Positions 37,101 through 51,200 of a stretch of 64,000 nucleotides of DNA are shown in pieces. Each line of letters starts with the position of its first letter. Position 1 is the stretch's first letter. The notes under the pieces were generated by a model. That model did not search any database. It had not been told where the DNA came from and worked only from the letters and a program-made list of their open reading frames with translations. The position numbers and the translations under genes are program-made. Origin of the DNA: Botryllus schlosseri (taxonomy: Eukaryota); the NCBI GenBank assembly GCA_051294905.1, contig CM119385.1, positions 11,222,001-11,286,000 on the forward strand. Reading direction: 5' to 3'.

Positions 37101-40100
37101 AGAACGGAATGCCCAAGCCAATAGTTATACACCAATACAAATAACGGTTGTATTTTTATTACAAACGTTTGCCTTCTGTTTTGACAAGAGGGGATGTTAT
37201 AGAATGTTATAGAATATATTAACATCGTTATGGTGTACAAGGCCATCATGAGCGATGAACGCCATACTGCTGTGTTTCAAAACGTGATGATGATATTATT
37301 AAACCTTCGTGGCTTCTCGAAGGCATCGCTAAAATCGCGATATTTTTGGGGATCTGGAGGGCTTAAAGCTATAGTTATTGTAGTTATTGGTTATGTATAT
37401 CTGGGTAGTATATACCCCATTTTATATTGATTTGAAGTTAGCACGAAAGCACAGAAGGATTTTAATTGAGAATTGTATGACAGGCATTTGGTAGCGGCGG
37501 TTATTTTATAGCAACGAAATGTTCACAGTGATATCTTGGTTTGCGAGAGGCAGCTGCCGACTTAACTGTGCCACGGAGCAAACTAATTTAGTTGCTGGTG
37601 GCAAATTTCACACACAAGTAGTGTTGACCAACCATGCACAAAAATGAGGTCGTGTCGGACGTGCAATATGCAGCTCCTTTACTGCGTTCCATACGAACAG
37701 CGAATGATGTCTATGGTTAAGTTGTACGCTATTTATAATTTCGAGTGTGTCCGGTGCTACGCGAACACCGGACGAAGAAGTAGGCCCTCCAAGCGGACCA
37801 GCCAAAGGATTATTTGTCTTGGCGTGCGTTTTGACGCATGATTTATGGCTCGTACGCGGTGATATCAATTTCAAATTTTATATTTGTTCAGACTACCCTA
37901 CGCAGCGGTATTACCAACAAAGACGATTTTGCAATTACCGCTTGTCATATAGGTTCCCAAGGTTTCAGTGGTCCTGGTGAGAATGGGTAGTATAATCGGA
38001 ATAACATACCCAACGCTCTCGTTATTAAATCTCATTCGAGTGGGCGATTTCGGCTAGTTATTTGACACGCAAGTATATGTCTACTTGATTTCAATAGAGA
38101 TTGCCCGTCACATCTTTTGTCTTGGCAGCAACCCAACACCCCAAGAGTCCACGGAGGTCCCGTCAACACAACCAGTTCAGTAGTAAGATACGCTCAATTG
38201 CTCACTGATACTTTTTCGTTCGGATAACAGTATGAAGTAATTGGAAACAAGTCGATTCGGACAACATATCTCCGTATCTCATAGTTGCCAATGGGCGACA
38301 GAGTAATGACATGAAATTTCGATGTCTGTTTTTCAATTAACGTCACTAAATACACAGAACCGTAATATAACATTGCAAATTGACAGGAAACGCCAATAGG
38401 CTGTTTCAAGTGCCTGGAACATGTTGAGAACATATCGGAAGTAGACTGAACTTCCAGCGAGTTGTACGGCAAAGGGGGAAGCGCGCGGAAATAGCCTGGT
38501 CATTGGTCAATCTAAGTCTTATAGAACATGTGTTGGTAGAATATGGCCAGTTATCGGTAGGCCTACTTGTGCAGTACAATGATATAGTTTCACCTGACAA
38601 ATTCAAGGATTATATGCAGATATAGATGCATGTCAGATTATTTGGATTTGGCATTGCCCTATCCTATTTCAACACTGCTATCAACTGCGAGATCTTGTAT
38701 AGAGACCATTCCTAGAGAGTGACCACGAAAACTGTAGTAGCCTATCGCTAACGAGCGTTGAACGCGCTTCAAGAACTTGCTTACTATTTACCTTCATCGT
38801 TTGACAACAAAGAGTGTTTGATCTCTGGTTCCTTGAATGTAAATATCAACGGGCAGAATTAGCAGAAAAGCCAAGTCAGTGGAGATGGAGCTATTCATGT
38901 AGTTACACGGGCTCGGTTAAAGTTTAGTAAGCTTAGATAGCAACATCTCGTTATTGATAATGGCTGCATAGTGCATAGTGCATATGCATTATGATAACAA
39001 TTTTTAAACATATTATACTCGTTATCCGACAGGACGGGAAACACGCGCCCCACCTTGCATATATTTGTAAGCTCCTATTCGTAAGGCAGTAGATGCGCAG
39101 TGGAACAGGAATCGAGAAACCGATATAACTATACGTTGAGTCTACGTCAGGGGTAACCAACACGCGTCCCACGAGGTCGTATTTTGCGGCCACGACTTGA
39201 TTTGAGATTTCGGAAGAAGGCCAAGAAAATCATTTTGAAATGCTGGAATTGATTATACAGTTTCAACATATTGCTGTTGTTGTTGTTTCAAAATAAACTA
39301 TTTATATTCTCCTGCGCCCAACATCACAATTCCTCACTAACTAAAACGGGTTTGGCGATGGCAAAAACATTCCATCGAGGGGGAATCAGCAGATATGAAT
39401 GACCATTTACCATCGGGCATGGGCATATTGCCTTGACGTGCAATGGCTCAAACACAGTAAAGACCGATGGACGCTTAGAAAACGGCTTAGGGCTTTTTCA
39501 TAAAATCAAGCTTTACGTGGAGATGGTCTTTCAGCTAGTTACATGTTCCGCTAGCCCCGATATCGATTCCTTAGTCGCTGAAAAGCTTTGCCAGGTATCT
39601 TGCACAGCTCAGAGTTCAGAATAAAATGAAATTGATGATCATGATTTTTGTTGCATTTGTATGCCTTTGATAAAATATGACTTCTTTTGTGGTAACTATG
39701 CCCATCGCCTATGTTAGATAGCACAGCGTTGTACTAACATGAAGTTTTAAAATGTGGTTGCTAAGCTGTGTGCCTGTGGCCTATTTTACATCGAAACCGA
39801 ATTCACGCGGCCGGCGGCCGCTACGAAATTTGAAAAGTGGCCCGCGACCCGTTTCTAGTTGGCGACCCCTGGTCTATACGTCATCTTCATTCGATTTAGT
39901 ACTGATGCACATTGCTTGTTTGTTCAATGAGTGCATCATTCAATTCATTATAGCGCACTGTGCGAGCGATCGCCGGGCACTGCATCAATATTTAACTATA
40001 ATATTACCGAACACTACATATCATGCACAAAGAAGTACGGTTTAACCGTAGGTTTAGAATAGCAGATTTGCAAAAGGACAATATGATTACATCTTATAAA

Positions 40101-41306
40101 GACTAGATATATAACTTCATGGAATTAGTAACATTGTACGTTTTTAATGCGGAGCAAATGCCAAACTAAGTAAGGAGTCTTATTATAGTGCTGCACCAAA
40201 CTGCTTTGGCTTACTTGGCTTTGACGGACTGCTTACCAGGGCGATTTAGGAGAAAGTCAGGAAAGACGAAGAAAAGTCGTAATTTGGTTACGTCATAGAA
40301 TACGGATATTGGAATATGGCATACGGAAAGGACTTGTACAACGTACGATGCATATCTGTATACCATTGTAATGTATATTGTACACTATGACGGGAAGTAT
40401 GCCTACATACGAGGTAACCAACCAGCGGGTACGAGGTCAATTTGTAGAATGGCATACATGAGCTCGCCAGGTTGAAAAAATCCATATAGACATTCAAAAT
40501 ACCCTTGATGGAGCTACCACCGCATTTGGAACCCGTAATTACGCCACTTACAATTTCGGATTTCCGAATTGGAATATTGTTTTGATTATTTAAAGGCCGG
40601 GTGTTGATGAAAGTTGTATAAACAGTGTTTTGATTGAGAGAGGTCGTGGTTTTCACCGTTACCAAAACCATTCTGTCTAACAACAACATCTAGAACTTCA
40701 AAACGGAAGACTGGGGTTGCCATCCTGGATGCTATATTATAGTCGGTCTACAAAGAGGTCCCACAACTCAGATTTCTGTGTGACGAGATAATGTGTTCTG
40801 GAATTCCCATTCACTCCCCACCAACGATTATTATCGGCGCTGAGCGAAATTGTAAAAGGTCTTTGTGTTGGTTTTGGCAAATGAGGCCAACAGCTTCTAT
40901 TGTTGTTGTATTTTAAACAGCATACTCTTCAAGAAGTAGTGCCGTCAATCGAGCCATTGTAAATTCATGTAGCCGTTTCTGGATTTAATGGTAATCCGTT
41001 CTGGCACCGCTCCAGCTATATCGAGTAGTTTTACCTTGGTTGTCAGTTGTCGGCAACGGGCAGAGAAGGTGTATACACAGTACTCAGCTTCGTAACGCTT
41101 CAGTGTATTATATGACAGGTCGAATTTTTCCTTCTAGTCAGATAACATATCTTCGGCCTAATGTGTTCCTTCAGTCAGGCAGCAGTAGTAGTTCTTTATA
41201 GCGTCATCGTGAGTTCCCTTTAATTCAAAGCTGTACGCAGTATACTGCCTACGCACATGACACGTATAAAATTGTACTATTGAATGGTATGTTCATTTCA
41301 AACGAG

Positions 41307-41349
41307 CCCGAATATTTTCGGCTGACACTCTTCAGGGGTAATCGTCAGC
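41307..41349 (-). ncRNA. Minimal type-I hammerhead ribozyme motif (left arm)
   Basis: Minus strand reads GCUGAC-GAUUA-CCC-CUGAAGA-G-UGUCAGC-C-GAAA-AUAU-UC^GGG: full CUGANGA/GAAA/UH core, 3-bp CCC:GGG stem I, 1-bp stem II, palindromic AAUAUU stem III. Confidence 0.65.
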
Positions 41350-41402
41350 AACTAGTAGAGCATTGGAAAGAACATAGTATATCAACAATCGAACAATAAT
41401 AT

Positions 41403-42368
41403 TAGGGATGGTGTGAACGTGAGGTTCTCGTTCGCGTTCTGTGTGTGAACCTCAAGAAATTTAGAGGTCCACGTTCACAAACGAACCTTGGTAGGTTCTG
41501 CACTGCGAACCTTTTTTATATAATACAATTTTCACTTCATTATAACATCTTTGGTTGAAATTTATTGCATTTCAATTGCGGGCCACTATGTGCATGGCGC
41601 TGGCAGCATAAAAAATATGTATATACTTTATACACTAAACGAGCATGCACATTGAAAATCTCAAAAATTTTACTTTCGTTGTTACAAAAGTTTGCTCGAA
41701 TATTTAGTGACTCTCTAGAGTGAGCTTGACCCGCAATCACACAACATCAAGAGCAAAATACACTACATGTAGGTAGTCAGCGAATGATGCTTATTCGATC
41801 AATCAATTGAATTGATATCGTTGTCTGATATGAAAAATCTAGCAGGTGTACGGGGTCAATCTTGATTTCAGATGTTTATTGTATCATGAAAACCAAATCC
41901 GTGCGATTGGGGTGTTAGCTACTGCTGTATAACTTGTTAATGGGGTTATATCGGTGGCAAGTATGGAAACCCGTTTTACAATGCTCAATATCAACGTAGC
42001 AACACTCAGACTCCGAATACATTGTCCGGTCTGGCCTAAGCCGTTAAGGCGTAAGCATATATTCCCTTGCAAGTCCTTGTCGAAATTGTTGGCAAAGCGA
42101 CGGAAGATATTGATTACATGCGATTATTATATCATTTGATTGCTCCAGTTGATACATTTGGCGACGTTTAAAGCGTCAATATGTACAGTACAGTACTTCA
42201 GCATTGTGGCATTATGTGGCCTGAGTCGTCGCTAGGTATCATGTACAATGTACATTAATATAGGCTATCACTTCAACACTGACATGTAGGATTGGAATTC
42301 AGGGATATATAGAACTATAGAACTATATTCCACAAACCTGAACCTTTCAGAGGTTCACACCATCCCTA
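41403..42368. mobile_element. 966-bp non-autonomous hAT element
   Basis: Perfect 16-bp TIR TAGGGATGGTGTGAAC / GTTCACACCATCCCTA, GAACC/GGTTC subterminal repeats, perfect TSD AATAATAT. Confidence 0.92.
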
Positions 42369-42407
42369 AATAATATATAGAATGTTCTTTCCATTTCTCT
42401 ACTAGTT

Positions 42408-42451
42408 GCTGACGATTAACCCTGACGAGTGTCAGCCGAAAATATTCGGGT
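42408..42451 (+). ncRNA. Minimal type-I hammerhead ribozyme motif (right arm)
   Basis: GCUGAC-GAUUAACC-CUGACGA-G-UGUCAGC-C-GAAA-AUAU-UC^GGGU: core intact, stem I carries one A:G mismatch. Confidence 0.55.
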
Positions 42452-42561
42452 TTATTTCAATATGAATATACTATTCAATTGTATATAGAAGTTCTGTACC
42501 TCCAAGAAGCTCTTTAAAATTGCACTATACGGACAGTCATACAATCGTACATAGACAGTGG

Positions 42562-42596
42562 ACACTGTACACTGTACACTGAACACTGAACACTAT
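42562..42596. repeat. Heptamer tandem repeat (ACACTG[T/A]) x5
   Basis: acactgt acactgt acactga acactga acactat. Confidence 0.8.
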
Positions 42597-43884
42597 ACAA
42601 TCCACTCTTTATCGGTAATTATGATGGCAGAATCCAATCGACATTCTTTTACATAAAGTAATAATAATAAATAATGTTCTCTGCGATTCTCCAGGCCGGC
42701 TTGGCAGTTTCAAATAAGCTGACGGGTACGTACTGCATCGTTTATGAACTATTTCTCATGCACGATAAGCAAAGAATACCACCTACGCAGTGTGCCACAT
42801 TTTATAGTTATGTCATGTAGTCAGTTGGTATCAGTGATATTCTAAAGCCTCTTTTACTTCGATCTTATAGTAGAAATCAGCTGTGGCATCGTAGCCGATG
42901 AGAATATTCAGATTTAGCGTTTACTTAAACAGTGTCGCGTCCGTATACACGTAGGTTTCGAACAGGGTCAGAGAATTATTTGGAAATACAGATAACCAAT
43001 TCACTTTGTTTCGCCATTTATTACATGCGAGAATAATCCATTCAACACAAATCTTCCCCTAATGGCGCAGATGCACGGCTTTGAGCATTTTAAAATGTAA
43101 CCCCCATCTAATTATAGCGCCAGCATTGTATGCCTCAGTCTCACGCAAGTTAGCAGTTAGTCGCTGTCAATGATATTAAGGTATCGTACACTATCAAGAT
43201 TGACTGATGAGAGAGCAGGGTAAATCTATTATACAGATGACCAAGCGAGTTTGCTTTGCTCCTATTTATTGTCCAACATGTCGATCCAATGACCGATAAA
43301 GATTGCTGAGCCCTATCGCTATTGTTGAGATGGAATCCAGGATATTTACACAGGATATTCATCGGAATAATTTAAAAATCGGTGCAAGAACATGTCATAA
43401 AAAGTATATATGCACAACGGCGATCGTCACATAATGATGCGAGGCATACAAAGGTTATTTTTTATTAGTCGTTCGTAATTCGCTATCTAACTGGCATATG
43501 CATTGCACTCGTTGAAATGCAATTCTGCAAACTAACTCCATAAGCCATGATAGTAACATATCATCATACATCAAAGAATCAGCAATCCGTGCTAAGATCA
43601 GCAGGAAACGCGTGTGCGATTAATAACCCTAATGTTATTTAGAAGTTGTTGGAAAGTGGAACGTATCGGTACCTACCTGAGAAATTTACAACCAAATCGA
43701 TTGTCATATAGTAATTATCGAAATGCATCGTGATGCGCGAAATTGTTTGACTGGATGTGCGTAACCTTAAACGAGGCTAAAATGCATCTTCTCAGATCCA
43801 TCGCCAACGGCGTAAGCAGGGGGCGAAAGGCACCTTACCACCCTGATTTTTAATTGCATATTGTGACGACATATGTTTTAAACT

Positions 43885-44284
43885 CAGGGCTGTTCAAAAA
43901 CAATCTTTTTCTTCAGATTTCACTGGCCATATGATAAAATTGTTAGGTTGGCTAAAACAACGCTGCACACCGAATTCGCCTCAATTCCAACCACTAGAAG
44001 GGAAGTTATTGCAGTAGAAAAATTTCTTAGACTTGACCACCGTAAATACGACTTTATTCAAATCCTAATATTTCTACCGCGATAGAATTTTATGGGGTTA
44101 AAAGAAAATTTGATATTTTTAAATTTATTATTTTACATAATAATTCAAAACTTTCTGTTGCAATAACATCGATGGTTCTGGTTGGAATTGAGCTAAATTT
44201 GATGTTCAGCGTTGTTTTAGCCAACTTAATAATTCTATCACGTAGTCAGTGAAATTTGAAAGAGAAAATTGTTTTTGAACATTG
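43885..44284. mobile_element. Long-TIR (~105 bp) MITE, hAT-like family
   Basis: CAGGGCTGTTCAAAAAC...CTCAATTCCAACCA matches the reverse complement of TGGTTGGAATTGAG...GTTTTTGAACA; same family as 59159 and 61468. Confidence 0.7.
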
Positions 44285-45231
44285 TTCAGGTTCACTGCAT
44301 CACAACCGATCGGTGGCCACATGTTAATGTTAAAAAAAAAATTGCCTTTCTCACCCCTGAGCTATATAAACACTCACCCAGTCTAAAAAATTGCACCGCT
44401 TATATTTTCCTTCTAGCTGCGCCTATGGTGCAGGTCATGGGTATATAATTTTCTGTTCGCTCAGTATTTGGGTAATTGGCCCGGTATGGAAACAACACCC
44501 TTGTGTTTAGGGTACTGTATACGTACAGTAAAATACGATCATCCAAAGTCCTGATTAGAGATAGCATAATTGTAACCTTACTTTTACTTCAACCATTGTA
44601 TGGAAGGCCATCAGTATACCCAGTGCAATCGCGTTGATGGCCGATATTGTTACAAAGCCTACTCACTTAGATGAGTCAGTGTTGTCAAAACTGATTCGAG
44701 TATTGAAATGTCGATTAAACAACTTTTCATCAAAGGTTTCTATTCATCGGCAAAAGTTCATGTGAAGTGTTATAGTATTCCTTCAGTGCAAACGAAACAC
44801 CGAGGTCCTTATTTCGTTGCATAAAAGGTAACATATTGGACATAGAATCCACCATTACCGTACTTGTATCTACAAAGAGTCGAGGGCGGAGAAATAGTAA
44901 CAATACATATCGAGTATAATGTGGTGTTTTCTTACTAACCTAACACAACTGCACGAATCTGATTTTACCGACGCGCGAAACTTGGAACATGACTTGTCGG
45001 TAATGGGGTACCGATATACCTAAAGCACTTAATTGCTTCATCTATGGTAGATTCATTGATTCCTTGAGGGGCGATCTCGATCGAACTGTTTGACTGCAAC
45101 TATAATTGGTCAAACTGTTTTTCAGTTATGCATATCCTATTTAATGAAGTAAAATTGGACGCTAGTTAGAATGCATATTGGAATAGATTTATATTTAATT
45201 TATTGACAATTCTTCGTCGAAAGATGCAAAT

Positions 45232-48200
45232 ATGGATACCAGCAACCAGATAGCCAACGCCCCCCCTCCACCACCCCCACCTCCCCTAGCACCACCGCCG
45301 CCGCCTCCCCCTCCCCCACCTCCATCAGCTGCAGGGGGAAATCGACAGCTGGAAAAAGCTACAGCGAAATATAAAAGGTAATATGATGGGGAATATATTG
45401 ACAAATTATTATTGGCAGTGAGCACATACTCGCTTATACTATCGAATCTATATTAAGAAGTATCGGTATCGGCTATCCGGAAATTTTGTGACATCACAAC
45501 ATGAAGTCAGCATAGTGAATCAGAGAAATATAATAATCTACAACTGCTAGACAAGGAACATTGATAAATTTTTATATAGCTCACCTGTGTCCAGATGCAG
45601 CCTTTCTCGTTCATTTCATGTCCATTTTCCAAGCATAGTTCTTCAAATAAATGCTAAGAAGTTATGCGTAAATCTAGATGCTATATTTTCTTCATATCGG
45701 CAGAATTTAACGGGTTATCGGTGGAGGTGCAAGTTATTGGTTTTATCGGTATCGGCTCAAAAATCCGTTATAGGTCGGGCGTTGTCTCTTGGATTATCAT
45801 ATTGTAAAGATTAACATTATAATCAGTATCGTATGGAGAGCCAAAGGTGCCCAAAAAAAATTTCCGTCTCTTCGCGGTTCTATAAATTGTGACGTCATGC
45901 CCGTTTGTGATATTGTGTATGCGTTGTCATGTCATCGTTGAAACTTTTGCCGTCTCTAAATTTACATTCGGTACCGTGTAGCTTCGGCCTTTATATTAGC
46001 ATATAGGCCTAATTACCGTCTTGTGTATTTGCGGGGGTTATATGGGTTTCAACTAGTATTATATCTTGACATGTTTTTGACTTTACCTTCAGAGTTCTAT
46101 GGCGGAAAATTCCTGACAATCGGCTTCTGAACGCCGACACGATCTGGAAGGCTTCTAATTCGTCGCCTGGCCAGAAAAGGTTATCAGCCGACTTCGCGAC
46201 TCTGAGCGACCTGTTTGCGCATCCGGATAGCAAAAATGTAAGCAGCAAGAGTGGCTCTAGCGAAAAAAAGAAACGTAGCGCATCTCCATCGGTACAGAGC
46301 GATCGTCGGAAGCAGGTATACATCATTATACAAGCGAAATGTGATAGCAAAGCACGCTTGTTGTGATGCATCCCAATCTAATTCCTCAACTTTTATCGGC
46401 TTTTTACATGGAGAACATGATGATGATTATTACCTTGCACTTAATTGCAACTTTTATTAATTACATGCGATTAATCGCAATGTGCAATTTCCGAAGAATA
46501 TACTGTAAGTGCGATCCATAAAAACTTGCATTCAATTTGTTATCTGCGAAATACTTGATATTCATTTTGCCGTAAGCCTGCATTAGCAAAGTGGATTACA
46601 ACAATTTCTCTGTACAATAATCACTCACGCGAATTTGTTCCGGGCATGCCCAACTTATGTATATTCCAATACTATTGCTATGACTTTCATGCTGTATACT
46701 TTGAGTCGGCTCATGGATTCTCCTTGAGCACATTTCTCTCTTCTTGCGGCTTAAGTGCTGTGATAGTGCATATAACATCATATGGGCTACCCAAGGCGGG
46801 TCAGGGACAGGGACAGTAAATTAATTACACAAAATGGGACTGCGTATTATTTACAAGTTTGGCGAACTGTCCTTTGTCTCATGCTATTCCAACGTTCTCA
46901 GGTCACGCTTCTGGATGCAAAGCAGAGTATGAATACTAATATATTTCTACGCCAATTTAAACGGTAAGCCATCTTATACATTGTGCAATGTGCATTTTTA
47001 TATATGTAGGACTGTAGGGCGTAGGTGTTGTGTTTTCTACTTCATAAAATCCCATATCTTGTCTGTTGTTTATATAATTTTAAACATATACAGGCTACAT
47101 TTGACATAATACAACCTATACGTATAAATTTATATAATATTCCATAGTGCCCGATATGTGACAATTCAATATTACATATTGGACTGCAGTTGGATTAGAA
47201 TGATCAAATTTTCAAGAGGTGGGTTCCAAAATACGACAATATTACACTTATAAACGGGCACCGCAAATCGATAGCACCAAAAATAAGTAGGGACTGCCTT
47301 GCTCATCAGAGATACACAGTTAATCAAATATATTTGTTTGGTATGTCCCAAAACTAGGACATTGGAATTTCAATTCGTTACGTACACGGAAACTGTTAAT
47401 ATATATGTTTATTTCACAATGGGAGTGTCTTTACGATAGCTTACGTCTTCTAATTAGCTGTACAAATATCGTCAAACATTAAACAATTGAGAAGGTCTAC
47501 TAAAACGTACTATGTAGGCTGGTTAACATTTCTGACCTCGTCTGCGATTTGTAGACGGTGACATTCCTAGTTTTATTTCCACTATTTCTCCGCGCAGCCC
47601 GGTGAACGACCTTGTCAAAGCAATCGAGAGATGCGACACGAGTTTGTTTGACGCTGAACAGCTCAGAACATTACTGAAGTTACTGCCAGAAAAAGAAACC
47701 TTCACCAAGTCGCTAGGTAATTTTTTATATCATTATAATTTGCGAAACAGATTCCCATTTATCTACTCATGGACATATGGTAACACACTGTCGATTGATG
47801 CTGGACTTGATATTTACACGACACGAATACATTCATATCAGAAGTAAACTTGTTCATTCAGACGAGAACTTGAGCAACGACAGCGTTTTGGACGACGCCG
47901 ACACTTTTATGAGCGAATTGATGAAAATTCCGACTTATCAACTAAGAATTGAATGCAGTATGTTCGAATGCGAAGCGAAGCCGTGCCTGAAAGAAATTTC
48001 TTCTTCTCTACGAATTCTTGATAGCATAATCACAGGTGCGCATCATATTTTAGATATGTTCAATTAATTTGCACCTGAACATTTGAATTTAATTCATGTT
48101 TGCATTTGCGTTATATAATTTAAAATTTGGCGTTTCGGTTTGATTCCCAATTCCAGCATTAGATTCGCCGCACTATCAGCGTTTCATACATGTTTTGTAT

Positions 48201-51200
48201 CACGCAGAAATACGGCAATGCGCTTCACTACCTCCTCTATTTCAACTTGTCCTCGAAACCGGAAATTTCCTGAATCAAGGCGCAAGCTACGGAAACGCAT
48301 CTGGATTTTCGTTGAACTCGTTAAAAACATTGTTTGAGACCAAAGCCAATCAACCCGGCGTCACTTTAATACATTACGTCACCATGGAACTGGAAAGACA
48401 GGACCCGCGTATGCTATTTTGGTCGGACCAGATACCTTCCTTGTCGGAAGCCACTGGTATATCCACTGAGGAACTTATAAATAAACTAACCCATTGCCAA
48501 TCCGATTTGAAACGCTTGCGGGCCCGAGTGTCAGAATTAGATTGTGAAGATCTCAAAGATCGGATGGAAAGCTTTTTCAAGGTACGTGTCGTTGTCGTTC
48601 TTCTTCCGTATCCTCGATATGTTGGGTGAAACTTCAGATTATCTTCGGATATCGGCAGCTCCCAGACAAGCATAAATGACACAGAACAAATATCCGAGAA
48701 ATTCTGTAAGCAAACGCGTGCGCACTTAACTGTTGGTAGCTCCAGCAGTTTGTATATTTGTCTATGTTCTATGTCATGCCTTATCGTAGTGTATACCTTA
48801 TGCTCCATCTACAAATATTAAATCTATTGATAGACGGATAACTTCCATCGCGGAATGAACATAACTATTGCAGTGAAATAATCTGGATTTATATCAACTT
48901 GGGATACTTATGGGTGGGAATGATCGTTGGACTGAACATGAATTTTCACCTCTTCCAGTGATTCCCAACTTTTTGATACGCAACTATATGAGGGGCCGAA
49001 CCGATATTAATATAGCCTGTCCTGCAATTACATGATTCAAAATTCTTGCTACTATACATAAGCTTATTTATATTCACATCATGAAAAGTCACATTGATGT
49101 TTACGGATTTCGGATGCTTTGACTTAACGGATTAGGTTTACATTTAGGACAAAATGTTGATTGAGGATGTCGGGACTCTCCTTTCCGCCACTCCCAGAGT
49201 TAACAAACCACTGTTGAAACTTCGTACTTGAAAGGCGAGACCGTTTATCCATGGATATCGGCTTTGTTCGATATTTCCGTCCGCTGCACGACGTATAACT
49301 TTTCTTCCTGCCACTCTAGAGAGGAAACATTTCAAATATCTGGAAATATTTGCAGAGGGATCAAAAAACAGGCAACGTGAATCGCGTCATAATGTGGTCC
49401 CAGTGTGTCGTCCAACCAATCGAAATAAAACGAAAGAAGAATGTAGCGAGTTGAAATGACCAAGTTAAACAGAATTAACATTTCCCCATCGTCCTGCATA
49501 TATCTGATTCTGAAATATATTGAAACATATCAGGGGATTCCGAAATGATTATTGATTAGCTAGCTTCTTTCACTCTAAAATTGCAAAGAGTTGGTAAAAG
49601 GCTTATGGGCCGTTGTCATCACCAGCACCTATATAAATTACAATACGCAACGAACCGACCAATCATTCAATTCAACTTTATGTTGACTTAGTGGTCTATT
49701 TGTTGTATAAAACCAGCAGACACAAAGTCGCCCATGGCTCCGCAAACGCATGTACGCCATTGAGTGTTTATTACTGCAATTCATTGATATTGTACCATAT
49801 ATTGCAATGCGTCATGTATGCTTAGCGAGCAGACCTGTTTAACCATCAGGGCTGCGCCACACGTTAGCGCGGATAGGTAGTCGTTGACATGATTTATTGA
49901 GGGTTGTTCTATGTCTTGCAATATCTCGGGATAACTATGAATCGGAAATCTGTTACTAATATCACAAAAACTATACGTGATAATTGATTGATAATTGCAT
50001 TGACAGGGCACGCAGATATTTTTGTTTGATAACAGATCGTATTTCATAGGCGTTCTAGCAAGAATAAACATATTGTGCTCCGTTAGTGAGTGGGGTTATA
50101 CATCGTCGGAGATATATCGGTATTTAGGAGTGTATGATAGTAGCGCAATATCAAAGAAGACATGTGTTCGAATCAATGGATTGCGGGTATGCATATCGAA
50201 TGATTACAGTGTGTGATAGGTATAGGTTTCGATTATTACCTGCAGTTTCTTGAATAAGTGGTAGGTTTCGATTATTACCGGCAGTTTCTTAGATGATTTC
50301 AGCTTTCATACTCGTTTACTTTGTTAAAGATCACAACATCAAAAATATATCTTTCGCACAGTTTATCGTTCCAACCGACGCGGAGATGAAAAAGGGTGGT
50401 TAGCAAAAACATTCCGTTGAACGAAACAATCAAACTTTAGAAGGGGACACGATTATGCAAATTTTCATTACGGAAAGATAAAATAGCTGATACGAGCATC
50501 GGCCAATATGACGCGATCGTGGTTTTGCACTGTAAATTAATGCGTGTAAAAACATGTCAGATTTTCACCAGAGCGTGCAGTGTAAATCGGGTGGACGGCA
50601 ATTGCAGGTATCAAATTGTGCTTTCACACCCCTTCCAAAGGGTGAAAATGAGGAAAACACACCAATCATCATAGAGATATATCACAGGGGTGTATAGTGG
50701 GGGTAGCACAGGCAAAGAGAAACATATACACTCCTGAGATATACACCCATGCATAAGGATTGGCGTGTTTGAGTCATTTTCAGCCTTTGAAAGGGGTTCA
50801 CACCCCACGCTATGGTGAAAATCTGATAAATACACATATTTTACGCCCATGAATTTGCAGTGATACAAAGTATGACGTGCTTTATGTAAAGTGAACTGTA
50901 CAACGTACACACCGTGTCCTCATAATCAACATGTGAATTCGCAGAAAACTGGGGAAGAGCTTGAACGGCAAGATAAGCTGTGCAAAGAAGTGAAAGAAAA
51001 TTCATCGAAATTAGCTTTGTATCTCGGGGAAGTGTCGGAAGAGTTTTCACTCGAAAACTGCATCACTGTGATTGCCGACTTTCGCGAAAAATTTGTAAAG
51101 GCTCAGAAAGAAAACAAAGAAAGGGAAAAGAGAAAGGCAAGGTATGCCAAAAGTAGAATGTTATGCTCGCGTTTAAGTAGGAACATTATATATCAGCCAC

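Larger units (their letters stand above)
41279..42479. repeat. ~97-bp inverted repeat arms (41279-41375 and 42382-42479), probably Penelope-like pLTR derived
   Basis: TTGAATGGTATGTTCAT...GAGCATTGGAAAGAACAT aligns with the reverse complement of ATGTTCTTTCCATTTCTC...ATATACTATTCAA; the spacer is ~32 bp once the central hAT and one TSD are removed. Confidence 0.85.

Noticed and set aside
40288-40689. 133-aa minus-strand ORF
   Set aside because: No recognisable motif, splice partners or coding-like composition.
40712-40730. GTTGCCAT half X-box upstream of the formin
   Set aside because: Only a half site, far from any mapped start; common by chance.
43805-44427. Possible outer element (CAACGGCGTA / TGCGCCTATG ends) enclosing the 43885 MITE
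   Set aside because: Terminal match is short and imperfect, and there is no TSD.
45195-45425. Gly-rich minus-strand ORF
   Set aside because: Reverse complement of the formin FH1 poly-proline exon.
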